DNA of 64,000 nucleotides from Patescibacteria group bacterium (GTDB lineage Bacteria > Patescibacteriota > Minisyncoccia > Phycocordibacterales > EsbW-18), in assembly GCA_038063815.1 (NCBI GenBank), contig JBBTUJ010000002.1, positions 70,511-134,510 of the forward strand, in the 5' to 3' direction. The notes under the pieces are model-generated. The model did not search any database. It was not told the DNA's origin and saw only the letters and a list, made by a program, of their open reading frames with translations. The number at the start of each line of letters is the position of its first letter. Position 1 is the first letter of the stretch. Shown here in pieces: positions 17,785-27,052 of the stretch. Made by a program: the position numbers and the translations under genes.

Positions 17785-18840
17785 CTACCCCACCAGCGCC
17801 ACAATGATGCCGAGGACGGCACAGATCGCAGAGATGACCCAATAGCGCATGACGACTTTGTATGCAGGCCAACCGATTGCTTCGAAGTGGTGGTGAATCG
17901 GTGCAACGCGGAAGATCTTCTTACCTCGGAATTTCTTTGATGCGACCTGAAGGGCGTTTGTCACGACGGTTATGAATTGAATGAATGCAAGCAAAGGAAG
18001 CAAGAGAACAGTATTTGTCATGAACGCAAGGATGGTGAGCGCAAGTGCAAGTGCGATAAATCCTGTTTCAGTCAAATAGAAACGTGCAGGCGGAATATTG
18101 AACCACAAGAATGCCAAGAGTCCTCCAACAATGACGAACGAGAACGCTGAAGCGTCGAATTGGCTTCCTACAAACGCGATGACACCGATTGCTCCAAATG
18201 TAATGGACAGTACACCTCCCGAGAGCCCGTCGAGGCCGTCGATGACACCGCTTGCAAGAATCGCAAGTAAGACCGCAAGGAAGAATGGAATGAACCAGAT
18301 GCCGATATCAACGAGACCATAGAACGGAACAAAAATCTCTGTCATCTCGAGTTTCGAGTAGAACCACCACGCGACGAATATACCGAAAAGAAGGACAGGA
18401 AGAGCGCGATACAGAAATGGCAATCCATCAGGAAAACGTCGTGACGCGCCAATCACAGTGAGATCTTCGATGAATCCGACGAGCGCACCAAAAAGGAATC
18501 CGGCAAACGGCAACCATGTTTGGCTTCGTGACAAGAAGTCGATTTCGCCGGAAGGACCACCTGAACTAAGGTACGAAACAAGCCAGAACATAGCGACCGT
18601 GAGAAAAACAGAGATGACAACAACAAGACCCCCCATGCGTGGCGTCCCTACCTCTTTTTCTTTGTGGAGTTCATTGAAAATTGGTGTTCCCGAAGTGTCG
18701 CCGAGACCTTTCGTATTCCCTGCCCTTTTCTTCCAACACTTATATTTGTAAAGAAAATGCGTGACGATAGGTGCTATCAAAATTCCCAACACAAATGAGA
18801 CAGCTGTTGGCGCGATGACTTTGATGATGTCGAGGGGCAT
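17785..18840 (-). CDS. mraY: phospho-N-acetylmuramoyl-pentapeptide transferase
   Basis: 351 aa. Glycosyltransferase family 4 motifs (IDGLDGLSGG). Position in the dcw cluster. Confidence 0.8.
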   Translation of the reverse strand: MPLDIIKVIAPTAVSFVLGILIAPIVTHFLYKYKCWKKRAGNTKGLGDTSGTPIFNELHKEKEVGTPRMGGLVVVISVFLTVAMFWLVSYLSSGGPSGEIDFLSRSQTWLPFAGFLFGALVGFIEDLTVIGASRRFPDGLPFLYRALPVLLFGIFVAWWFYSKLEMTEIFVPFYGLVDIGIWFIPFFLAVLLAILASGVIDGLDGLSGGVLSITFGAIGVIAFVGSQFDASAFSFVIVGGLLAFLWFNIPPARFYLTETGFIALALALTILAFMTNTVLLLPLLAFIQFITVVTNALQVASKKFRGKKIFRVAPIHHHFEAIGWPAYKVVMRYWVISAICAVLGIIVALVG

Positions 18841-18879
18841 ATAAATATCTTACAGCTTTTAGGTTACAGGGTATAGATA

Positions 18880-19872
18880 CTATGAGGAAGATCCGAAGTA
18901 TGCAAATACCGCATTCATGAGACGTTTTGCGTCATCGAACCTACCCTCTCGTGATGAGCCGAGGACAACGATGATGATGGGTCGGCCGATTGTCGCATCG
19001 AATGAGATAACTAGGTTGCCTCCTGCGGCATCGGTAAATCCTGTTTTTGACCCCAACGACCACGGGATCTCATTTGCGATCATATTCGTGTTCGCCACGG
19101 TGTGTTTTGTACCTTCGAGCGATACAAACGACGCCTCGTCTCTCTGTGTTGTTTCGAGGATGTCAGGCATCGTTTGCATGACTTTTTCAAAGAGACGCGC
19201 GATATCTTGTGCAGACCCTATGTTCCCCGCTTTCTCAAATCCGATGTCGAGGCCGGTTTCGTTCACAAATGTTGTGTCATGAAGACCAAGACCTTGTGCG
19301 GTTTTGTTCAGAGCTGCCGCGAATGTTGTGGAAGCATTTTGGATCTCGTATGTCTCCTTGAGTGCTGTTGCGGCATCATTCGAGGATGTGACGAGCATGA
19401 GGGAGATGAGTTCGTGGAGACCCCATTTCTCCGATGCGTGAAGACCGCTTTCTCCCGATGTTTGGAGTGCGTTGTAACTCACCGTCACGATTGTTTCTGC
19501 TGGCATCTCTTCAAACGCAGTCAGGGCTGTCATGAGTTTTGTTACTGATGCGAGAGGAAGAACCAAGGTGCTGTTTTTTGAAAAGAGAACTTTTTCTTCT
19601 TTTACATCCCACACGTACCCTGCGCGTGCCTCAAGAACGACTGATGGGAATGAAGAAACTTTTTCTGTCGTCGTGCCCATCTCGTTTGTTTCTGAAGAAG
19701 TGTTGGGGGCGGTATAGATATTTTTTGCTGCATACACGACACCGAACACGGCAAGGACACACGCAATGACCAAAAACCACTCAATGTGCAATTTGTGAGG
19801 GTGCGGAGCCGGAAGTTCGAGCGGCGGCGGCGGTGGCGTTGTGGGCGCTATGGGGAGATTCTCTGGGGGCAT
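18880..19872 (-). CDS. D-alanyl-D-alanine carboxypeptidase (S11, PBP5-like)
   Basis: SVTK (SxxK), SSND (SxN) and KTG motifs, with an N-terminal Pro-rich segment and TM helix. The start is moved to Met91 (19872), because the longer ORF to 20142 overlaps scpB by 236 bp. Confidence 0.75.
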   Translation of the reverse strand: MPPENLPIAPTTPPPPPLELPAPHPHKLHIEWFLVIACVLAVFGVVYAAKNIYTAPNTSSETNEMGTTTEKVSSFPSVVLEARAGYVWDVKEEKVLFSKNSTLVLPLASVTKLMTALTAFEEMPAETIVTVSYNALQTSGESGLHASEKWGLHELISLMLVTSSNDAATALKETYEIQNASTTFAAALNKTAQGLGLHDTTFVNETGLDIGFEKAGNIGSAQDIARLFEKVMQTMPDILETTQRDEASFVSLEGTKHTVANTNMIANEIPWSLGSKTGFTDAAGGNLVISFDATIGRPIIIVVLGSSREGRFDDAKRLMNAVFAYFGSSS

Positions 19873-19906
19873 TTCAACAGGGATTAGGTGGGATAGCGTA
19901 TAGGTT

Positions 19907-20515
19907 TTAGGTGTTAGGCATCGCGGATTCTTCTTTGGAGGTCGGACCTCCAAATTTTGGAGGTCCGACCTCCAAATCGCTGCTTGCTCCCTCTCGCGTT
20001 GCAAACGCCGCAATTGCTTCGCGTGCGGTCTCAAAATCAGGAAGTTCGTTAAGTGACGTGATTCCGAGGAAACGGAGAAGTTCGAGTGTTGGTTTGTAGA
20101 GGAAACTTCTTTGGTCGCTCGGGTTGTCAACACGCTCAACAAGCCCGCGCACTAAAAGTTGTCGGAGAGAGAACGTCGAATTGACACCGCGGATATAATC
20201 AACACGTGCTCGGGTGACAGGTCCGTAGTAGAGGATGATCGCAAGCGTTTCAAGGCCCGCTTTTCCGAGGTCTCGCTCGAGTTCCTCTTTTCGGAGAAGC
20301 GCGATCTTTTCTTCCGCCTCAGCCGCTGTTGCGAGCATGACCTCATCCGCTGTCTCCACAAGCCGAATTCCCCTTTCGGTAAGCGTTGTCTTAAGTTCGG
20401 TCAGTGCTTCCCGTGTCTTTTCTTCCGATAGAGACAAGGCCTTCGCGATATCTTTTACTCGCATCGGTTCCCCTTTATAAAAAAGCAGCGCTTCAATGTG
20501 TGCAGAAAGGTTCAT
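19907..20515 (-). CDS. scpB: segregation and condensation protein B
   Basis: 202 aa. N-terminus EALLFYKGEPMRVKDIAKAL is typical of ScpB winged helices. Confidence 0.85.
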   Translation of the reverse strand: MNLSAHIEALLFYKGEPMRVKDIAKALSLSEEKTREALTELKTTLTERGIRLVETADEVMLATAAEAEEKIALLRKEELERDLGKAGLETLAIILYYGPVTRARVDYIRGVNSTFSLRQLLVRGLVERVDNPSDQRSFLYKPTLELLRFLGITSLNELPDFETAREAIAAFATREGASSDLEVGPPKFGGPTSKEESAMPNT

Positions 20516-20529
20516 GGTGTAGGGGTTTC

Positions 20530-21417
20530 TTATTGTACCAAAAGTGCTCGGAGTGCGGGCTCAAGTCTGACCGCGTGACCAGAGCCGTATACAACAAAAA
20601 GTTTATCGTGGTTTTTCAATCCCTCGGCAATCCTTTCTAATCCATACTCATCTCTGAACCGGCTCGAATTTCTAGAAACTTGGTTGATAATTGTCTGGAC
20701 CGCCTCCTTTCGTGGATTTGGAACTACTTGGTCGCGATATTTTGTGGCGTCAAGGTCCAAATCCGCAAAAAGTTCTTGTTTCACCCGTTCTAAATCCTCC
20801 AATTTCCAACGACTATTTTTTTGAAATCGGCTGAAGTACGGCTCAAGGTACTTTTTACAACCCTCCAGAGTTTTTTCTTTTGCATAGTGTCGCTGGTATT
20901 GAGCAATGATTGAATACATGTGTTCTTTAAAAATATCCCCCCCAGAAAATCCCTTACCAAGAAGATGCTGAATTACTTCAAACTGTTTTGGTTCTGGAGA
21001 TTCAAATTCGACACCTGCATCAATAGCGAGTTTAAGTGTATACAGGTTTTCACCGTCTTTTATGGTTTCTTCGAGGGTCGTATCTTTACGTTTTTCAACA
21101 GCTAATTCTTTGTGATCATTGATTTCTTGCATTCCTTCTACATAGACGATTTCTGGCTGTAATTCTTTGAATCTCGTTTGAATCTCTTCAAACATGGGGT
21201 CCTGAGGATTATTGGTGTGGTGACTACCAAAATAAACCAACCTTTTGTTTCCACTTGTTAATTCAAAAATATAATTCTTGTCTTTTTCACCGTGATTAAA
21301 AGGGTGATCAAGATACTCTTGACCATCAAGAATCATCTTTTTGAGTGGCTCTAGGTCTACGGTATTCGGAGATGATTTTTCAACAGGATTCATGGATTTA
21401 CGAATACTTCGGGACAC
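20530..21417 (-). CDS. hypothetical protein inserted between scpB and scpA (weak TraB/GumN-like resemblance)
   Basis: 295 aa. GC is lower than in the flanking genes. C-terminal VVYGSGHAVRLEP. No confident family. Confidence 0.4.
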   Translation of the reverse strand: MSRSIRKSMNPVEKSSPNTVDLEPLKKMILDGQEYLDHPFNHGEKDKNYIFELTSGNKRLVYFGSHHTNNPQDPMFEEIQTRFKELQPEIVYVEGMQEINDHKELAVEKRKDTTLEETIKDGENLYTLKLAIDAGVEFESPEPKQFEVIQHLLGKGFSGGDIFKEHMYSIIAQYQRHYAKEKTLEGCKKYLEPYFSRFQKNSRWKLEDLERVKQELFADLDLDATKYRDQVVPNPRKEAVQTIINQVSRNSSRFRDEYGLERIAEGLKNHDKLFVVYGSGHAVRLEPALRALLVQ

Positions 21418-22147
21418 TTACCTGATCTGTCTCCATCTCGATATCAGAAAAGCGTTCGTGTTGTCGCACGGAAAGTATACCTTGCTTCACCAACTCGAGC
21501 ATTGCGAGGAAGGAGACAATCGTGTTCACTTTTTTCTCCTGCGGCGTGTGTTTTCCTTCGTGATGCGATTTTGCAAAATCACTGAAGCGCATCTTAAGAG
21601 CATTTGTGATTCGCTCCGAGAGTCGTCCCATCATTTCCTCCAAACTCATGACGGTCTCAACAACAGCGCGTTTCAAGGTCTCTGGTTTTGGAAGCGCCGC
21701 GATGATGCCTCGGACACTCTCGAGAAGCGCGTTTGTCGTTATCGTTTTATGCGGAGCGAAGACGATTTCACGTTCAACGGGTGACTTGAGAGGTGCATGA
21801 AGAGCGTTTCCCGTGAGTGCTTTCTGGAGATGTTTTGAAAGACGTTGCGCTTCTTTGTAGAGCGTCAAACGCATCTCAAGATCCCTCACATCTGCTTCCT
21901 CGTCGGACGTTAGGGCAAATTCAGGAAGGAGCGAGCGTGACTTGATAAGAACCAAAGTCGAGGCAACCAAAAGAAAGTGTGCGACGTCCTTGCTCGGGAA
22001 TTCAGAGAGGTTTTTGAGATATGCGAGATAATCGTCCGCAACAGCAGCGAGAGAAATGTCGTTGATGAGAAGTGTTCTCTTTTCGATAAGAGAGAGCAAC
22101 AAATCAAGCGGCCCTTCGAATACAGATGTCTTAACAGCAAACGACAT
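21398..22147 (-). CDS. scpA: segregation and condensation protein A
   Basis: 249 aa. N-terminus FEGPLDLLLSLIEKRTLLINDISLAAV is typical of ScpA. Confidence 0.85.
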   Translation of the reverse strand: MSFAVKTSVFEGPLDLLLSLIEKRTLLINDISLAAVADDYLAYLKNLSEFPSKDVAHFLLVASTLVLIKSRSLLPEFALTSDEEADVRDLEMRLTLYKEAQRLSKHLQKALTGNALHAPLKSPVEREIVFAPHKTITTNALLESVRGIIAALPKPETLKRAVVETVMSLEEMMGRLSERITNALKMRFSDFAKSHHEGKHTPQEKKVNTIVSFLAMLELVKQGILSVRQHERFSDIEMETDQVSVPKYS

Positions 22148-22154
22148 GGCTTTG

Positions 22155-23450
22155 TTATGGGTTGAGACGCTTCACGTCGCGCGGAAGGTACGTTGCCTCG
22201 CGAACATTCGGAAGATCTAAGAGTTTCATTATAAATCTCCCCGGTCCGATTCCTCCTCCTCCGTGTGGAGGGCAGCCGAAGCGGAAGAAGTTCAGGTAGT
22301 CAGCAAGCGGTCCCAGTTCCATTCCTTTGTCGACGGCTTGTTTCTCAAGGATCTCGGGTCGGTGTTCGCGCTGTGCAAGCGTTGTCACTTCGATACCTTT
22401 AAACAAGAGGTCGGCGCGACGAGATCGGTCGGGGTCGTCGGTAAGTCGCATGTGGTAAAACGCGCTCTTTGATTTGTGATATTCAGTAACGAACACAAAA
22501 TCGTGATCCATCTCTTTTTTCACATGTTCAGACAATATGCGCTCTTCTTCAGGCGAGAGGTCGTGTTCTTCTGGTGAAGGAGTGCCGAGTCCTGCGAGAA
22601 TCTTCTTTGCTTCAACCATCGGTATTCGTGGGAACGGCCGAGTCGGAATCTCTATGTTGAGGTTTGGAAAAGCGCTCTTAACTGCTTCGAAGCCAGATAT
22701 GATCATCTGTTCTTCAAAATCCATGATGTCGTGGTGCGATTCGATGAACGCTATCTCGAAGTCCCATCCGGTGAATTCGGTGAGGTGGCGTGTCGTGAAT
22801 GATGGTTCTGCTCGGAATACAGGTCCGACCATGAACACACGTTCAAGCCCTGACGCGATACCCATTTGTTTGTAGAACTGCGGTGATTGCGCAAGATATG
22901 CTTTTCGGTCGAAGTAATTCACTGCAAAGACCTCTGCGCCTGATTCAGACGGCGTACTCATGAATGAAGGGCTGTAGAGTTGGATGAATCCGTTCTCGGT
23001 CCAGTATTTGCGGAATCCTTTCTCGAATTCAGTCCACACTTTGAATATCATCGCTTTCTCCGGTTTTCTGAGATCAATCCAACGATAATCAAAACGTATT
23101 GGGGCTTCCGTCTCTTCCCCACCCTTCTTTGTGTTGACGGGAATCGGTAGTTCGGGCTCTGCGCGAGACAAGACCTCAATCTCTTCAAGTTGCATCTCTG
23201 CGCCCCCGGGAGCATTTGCTTCGCTTTTCATTGTCCCTGTTACTCGGACAACTGATTCTGTTGTGATTTCTTTGACTGTATCAAAATGAGGATTGTCTTT
23301 TGTGATGATGATTTGAATCGTGCCGGTGATATCGCGCAGGATTAGAAACGCGATCTTGCTTTGAACGCGGAGTGTGTCGACAAATCCTTGTACGGTGACT
23401 TTTGCACTCGATTGCGACAGTGCTTCTTGTGTGTGAACTGTTGATTTCAT
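22155..23450 (-). CDS. aspS: aspartate--tRNA ligase, type 2 (archaeal/non-discriminating-like); AsnRS not excluded
   Basis: Class IIb aaRS motifs: QSPQFYKQ, FRAEPSFTTRHLTEFTGWDFE and GCPPHGGGGIG. The start is set at MKSTVHTQ (23450), because the upstream part of the drawn ORF is the T-box terminator. The leader carries a GAC specifier candidate. Confidence 0.75.
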   Translation of the reverse strand: MKSTVHTQEALSQSSAKVTVQGFVDTLRVQSKIAFLILRDITGTIQIIITKDNPHFDTVKEITTESVVRVTGTMKSEANAPGGAEMQLEEIEVLSRAEPELPIPVNTKKGGEETEAPIRFDYRWIDLRKPEKAMIFKVWTEFEKGFRKYWTENGFIQLYSPSFMSTPSESGAEVFAVNYFDRKAYLAQSPQFYKQMGIASGLERVFMVGPVFRAEPSFTTRHLTEFTGWDFEIAFIESHHDIMDFEEQMIISGFEAVKSAFPNLNIEIPTRPFPRIPMVEAKKILAGLGTPSPEEHDLSPEEERILSEHVKKEMDHDFVFVTEYHKSKSAFYHMRLTDDPDRSRRADLLFKGIEVTTLAQREHRPEILEKQAVDKGMELGPLADYLNFFRFGCPPHGGGGIGPGRFIMKLLDLPNVREATYLPRDVKRLNP

Positions 23451-23700
23451 AATTATGTGTACGATTAAAGCCCTTACAAAAACCACCAAATGTTTAGTGA
23501 CTTTTGTAAGGGCGATCAGGGTCGCGGTGCCACCTTACTTTTCTCTTCATTGTGCTGTTACGGGCGTTCCCGGGAGATTCTACTTTCCCGCGTAACGGGA
23601 TTTCTTTCTCCAGCTCAGCCGTGTCTGCGGCGTCAGTGCTTTTGCTGTCGTGAGGATATCATATTCAGGTCAGAGCACAAGTTAATTAAACTCCGACAGG
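23451..23700 (-). promoter_or_regulatory. T-box riboswitch leader upstream of aspS
   Basis: On the minus strand the T-box core AAGGTGGCACCGCGAC (consensus AGGGUGGNACCGCG) is immediately followed by terminator hairpin CCCTTACAAAA...TTTTGTAAGGG and a T-run, 30 nt before the ATG. An upstream CACGACAGC offers a GAC-A specifier. Confidence 0.6.
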
Positions 23701-24152
23701 AACTTTTCAACAACCGTTCGTGTTCTTTCCAAAAAAGGAACCAGGGAAAGAACGTACTCTCCATCTACAGTATCGCGCCCTAGAACCTGGTCTGGGGTTT
23801 CCCCAGGCTTCATTTTTAAGCCGGCTTTTATATGGGCATTATGCACCAGCTTGTTCCTATAGGATTGTTCTAATAGTTTTAATTCTTCAGATTCAAATTT
23901 ATATGCATACCAGTCGGGATTATTTAAAACTTTAAAGTGTTTTGAAACATCATCACCACCACCCTCAACAATAGAGCCAAGACTGTCGACTATCGAAAAA
24001 AGTAAAAGTGCACCTGGATAGCCATAACAACCAGCGGCACCAACCCAATGGGGATCTTGAGACTTATCAAAATTTACACAAAATTCAGCCACTTCCATTA
24101 ATTCTTTAATGGCCTCACGTTGCATTGACTCCTTGTTGTGATGTATGGCCAT
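23682..24152 (-). CDS. hypothetical protein (156 aa), AT-rich
   Basis: ORF with no recognisable family. Co-directional in the trpS-aspS interval. Confidence 0.4.
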   Translation of the reverse strand: MAIHHNKESMQREAIKELMEVAEFCVNFDKSQDPHWVGAAGCYGYPGALLLFSIVDSLGSIVEGGGDDVSKHFKVLNNPDWYAYKFESEELKLLEQSYRNKLVHNAHIKAGLKMKPGETPDQVLGRDTVDGEYVLSLVPFLERTRTVVEKFLSEFN

Positions 24153-24158
24153 ATAGCC

Positions 24159-24407
24159 TTACCTAACTTTCATGCAGTAGGCCATTGCTTCGTCGTGTGT
24201 TTTAAACTCCTTATCAAAAATGTTAAAGCGATTTGTGCCGTTTGAGCTGAGCGAATAACTGTTGTTTCCAGCGTGGTAGTCTATTTTTTCTAGACAGGAC
24301 CGTTCTCTTTGTTTCTTTTGATATGTCAGGTAAATAGTGCTAGAAATTACTACTATTAAAACCACACCAATCAATACTCCAAAGATTATATTTCTTACGC
24401 TTTTCAT
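24159..24407 (-). CDS. hypothetical small membrane-anchored protein (82 aa)
   Basis: N-terminal TM helix (IIFGVLIGVVLIVVISSTIYL), then a soluble tail with two Cys. Confidence 0.4.
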   Translation of the reverse strand: MKSVRNIIFGVLIGVVLIVVISSTIYLTYQKKQRERSCLEKIDYHAGNNSYSLSSNGTNRFNIFDKEFKTHDEAMAYCMKVR

Positions 24408-24437
24408 TTTTTATTGATTAAAACTTTGACCCCCCTC

Positions 24438-25391
24438 CTACTGCACACTCAAAAGTCCAACCTTCTCTCGCACCTCCTTCATTTTTGTATCTGCTTTCTC
24501 GCGCATTTTGGCACCGCTCTCGGCAAGTATCGCGCGGACACCGTTCATGTCTTGTGCAAATTCAGCACGGCGCTCGCGCAAGGGTTTTATAAACGCATCA
24601 AGATCCTCGATGAGTGCTTCTTTGAGTGCTTTGTAACTGCCTTTATTTGCCTCGTAGAGTTCTTTGAGTTCGTTTTCAGGGCGGAAGAACTTGTGTATTT
24701 CGTAGACGTTCTTTGGCAAATCACCGGAAGAGTCGGTAACGATGGACATCACGGCCTTTGTGATCTCATCGCGCGACGCAAACAAGGGAATCGTGTTGCC
24801 ATAACTCTTGCTCATCTTTTGTCCGTCGGTTCCGGGAACAACAGCGGCATTCGGAAGGATATATGGTTCGGGAATTGCAAATGTATCTCCAAATGTACTG
24901 TTGAACTTTTGTGCGATATCGCGCGCGTACTCAACGTGTTGCTTCTGGTCTTGTCCCACAGGGACAATATTTGCTCCGGGAAGAAGGATATCAGCCGCCA
25001 TGAGAACGGGATAATCAAAAAGTCCTATCGTTGCCTCAATTCCCTTTGCAATTTTATCCTTGTATGACGTTGCGCGTTCCATGTAGGGAACTGTAACGAG
25101 TGTGTTGAAGATCCATGTGAGTTCTGTAACCTGCGGAACATCGGATTGGATGAAAAGGGTTGTTTTCTTCGGATCAAGTCCGACGGCGAGATAATCAAGA
25201 ACAACATCGAGTGTGTTTTGTGCGAGAACATCTTTATCCTGAACTGTCGTCATCGCGTGATAGTTCGCAACAAAGATGTACGATTCGTACTCTTCTTGCA
25301 AGTCAACGAACTGCTTCATCGCGCCAAGATAGTTCCCGACGTGGAGTGCGCCTGAAGGTTGGATGCCTGAAACAAGGATTTTCTTTGCCAT
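24438..25391 (-). CDS. trpS: tryptophan--tRNA ligase
   Basis: 317 aa. GIQPSGALHVGNYLG (HIGH) and GQKMSKSYGN (KMSKS). Confidence 0.9.
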   Translation of the reverse strand: MAKKILVSGIQPSGALHVGNYLGAMKQFVDLQEEYESYIFVANYHAMTTVQDKDVLAQNTLDVVLDYLAVGLDPKKTTLFIQSDVPQVTELTWIFNTLVTVPYMERATSYKDKIAKGIEATIGLFDYPVLMAADILLPGANIVPVGQDQKQHVEYARDIAQKFNSTFGDTFAIPEPYILPNAAVVPGTDGQKMSKSYGNTIPLFASRDEITKAVMSIVTDSSGDLPKNVYEIHKFFRPENELKELYEANKGSYKALKEALIEDLDAFIKPLRERRAEFAQDMNGVRAILAESGAKMREKADTKMKEVREKVGLLSVQ

Positions 25392-25395
25392 ATGA

Positions 25396-26706
25396 TTAAA
25401 GGTCTTTCGTTATCCGTGCGAGAAGATTTGAAATGGGAACACGTTCTTGCTTCATCGTATCTCTATCGCGAACGGTTACTGCGTCGTCGGTGAGCGTCTC
25501 AAAATCAACAGTGATGCAATACGGCGTTCCGATTTCATCTTGCCGTCGATATCTCTTTCCAATATTCCCGTTGTCATCCCACATGACCTGTGGAACAGAT
25601 AATTTCAAGTTGCCGTAGATCTCTCGTGCTTTTGCAACAAGTTCAGGTTTATTTTTGAGAAGCGGAAATACGGCCGCTTTCACGGGAGCAATGCGAGGGT
25701 TGAACTTAAGAACCGCACGGGCGTCATCCCCTTCTCCTTCTTCGTGATATGCAGAAAGAAGAATAGCGAGAAGTGTGCGTTCGACACCGAATGATGGCTC
25801 AATCACATGCGGCACGAATTTTTCTTTCGTTTCCTCATCCATGAATGATAAATCAACAGAGGAACCTTTTGCGTGTGCGGAGAGATCAAAGTCGGTCCGG
25901 TATGCGAGTCCGTAGAGCTCTTTCTGGCCGAACGGATAGATGAATTCAAAATCGATGGTGCGTTTGCTGTAGTGTGCGCGTTCCCCATCGGGGATCTCGT
26001 TCTCTTTGACGCGCGAGGTATCAATCCCAACGGCTTCAATCCATCCATGCATGAGCGTTCGCCAGTCCTCGAATGTGCTCTCCCAGTATTTCGGATTGAT
26101 AAAGTATTCAATCTCCATCTGTTCGAATTCACGAGCTCGGAAAACAAAATCGCGCGGTGCAATCTCGTTTCTGAATGCTTTTCCTATTTGCGCGAGACCA
26201 AATGGCAACTTTGGGTGGAACGAATCAACGATGTTCTTGAAGTTCACAAACATTCCTCCTGCTGTTTCAGGACGGAGATATGTGACAGACGCTTCGTCCT
26301 CGGTTGCGCCGATATGCGTCTTGAACATCATGTTGAATTGTCGGGCTGCGCCCAAAGAGCCGCCGCAATCGGGGCATTTTGTCTTATCGTCGAGGTGGTC
26401 TTCGCGGAACCGTCGTTTACATTTGGCACACTCGACCAAGGGGTCAGAAAAGCCCGCAACGTGACCGCTTGATTCCCAAACCTTTGGTTGCATCAAAATC
26501 GCGGCATCAACCCCGTAGATATCATCTCGTGAGTCAACAAATATCTTCCACCACATGTTCGTGATATTCCGCTTGAGGGCGATTCCAAGAGGACCGTAAT
26601 CCCACGTTCCTGCCATTCCGCCATAAATTTCTGAGCCGGGGTAGATGAATCCGCGGCGTTTGCAGAGCGATATGATGTCGTCCATGGATACGGATTTTTC
26701 TGTCAT
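25396..26706 (-). CDS. glyQS: glycine--tRNA ligase (alpha2 dimeric type)
   Basis: 436 aa. N-terminal LCKRRGFIYPGSEIYGG...WDYGPLG, class II motif 2 (KAFRNEIAPRDFVFRAREFEQME) and a Zn-knuckle insertion CAKCK...CPDCGG. Confidence 0.8.
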   Translation of the reverse strand: MTEKSVSMDDIISLCKRRGFIYPGSEIYGGMAGTWDYGPLGIALKRNITNMWWKIFVDSRDDIYGVDAAILMQPKVWESSGHVAGFSDPLVECAKCKRRFREDHLDDKTKCPDCGGSLGAARQFNMMFKTHIGATEDEASVTYLRPETAGGMFVNFKNIVDSFHPKLPFGLAQIGKAFRNEIAPRDFVFRAREFEQMEIEYFINPKYWESTFEDWRTLMHGWIEAVGIDTSRVKENEIPDGERAHYSKRTIDFEFIYPFGQKELYGLAYRTDFDLSAHAKGSSVDLSFMDEETKEKFVPHVIEPSFGVERTLLAILLSAYHEEGEGDDARAVLKFNPRIAPVKAAVFPLLKNKPELVAKAREIYGNLKLSVPQVMWDDNGNIGKRYRRQDEIGTPYCITVDFETLTDDAVTVRDRDTMKQERVPISNLLARITKDL

Positions 26707-27052
26707 GTAAAAACTATATCACGAGAATAGGTATATTTTTAGAATAAAAAAAGAGCGGCCGTCCCATGGAGAGACGACACGCTTGGAGAGGTCGGGAAGA
26801 CGGCATGAACCGTACTACGCCCCCGACTAAAGGAACTGCTGGAGGGAGACCACACCATTGGTCTCAGGACTCATGCTCGCCGGAACGAGCACTTTCTGGG
26901 AGGTTTGGTCTCCCGGAAAACATACGCGTGATCTTTGACAGAGCATCACACGATGGCACGTCATCCGCAAATGCGGCCTCCCCCCGACTTGCTACCCCTT
27001 ACTACCCCCGCCCGCTCTGAAACCACCCTATCACGTTTATTAAAATATGCAA

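Noticed and set aside
18880-20142. Long N-terminal extension of the carboxypeptidase ORF (to 20142)
   Set aside because: It overlaps scpB by 236 bp on the same strand in a different frame. The internal Met at 19872 gives a normal signal-anchor start.
23451-23489. N-terminal extension of aspS ORF (MVVFVRALIVHII)
   Set aside because: It coincides with the 3' half of the T-box terminator hairpin. Met at 23450 follows the terminator.
26766-27020. 84-aa plus-strand ORF in the GC-rich block upstream of the GlyRS gene
   Set aside because: The translation is low-complexity (R/G/P/S-rich) with no hydrophobic core and no SD. The region looks like structured RNA or non-coding GC-rich DNA rather than a protein gene.
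26707-27052. RNase P RNA, tmRNA or SRP RNA in the GC-rich intergenic block
   Set aside because: Core motifs are absent on both strands: GGAAAGTCCGG and ACAGAANCCGGCTTA for RNase P, GGTTCGA...CCA for tmRNA, and the SRP domain IV GGAA loop context.
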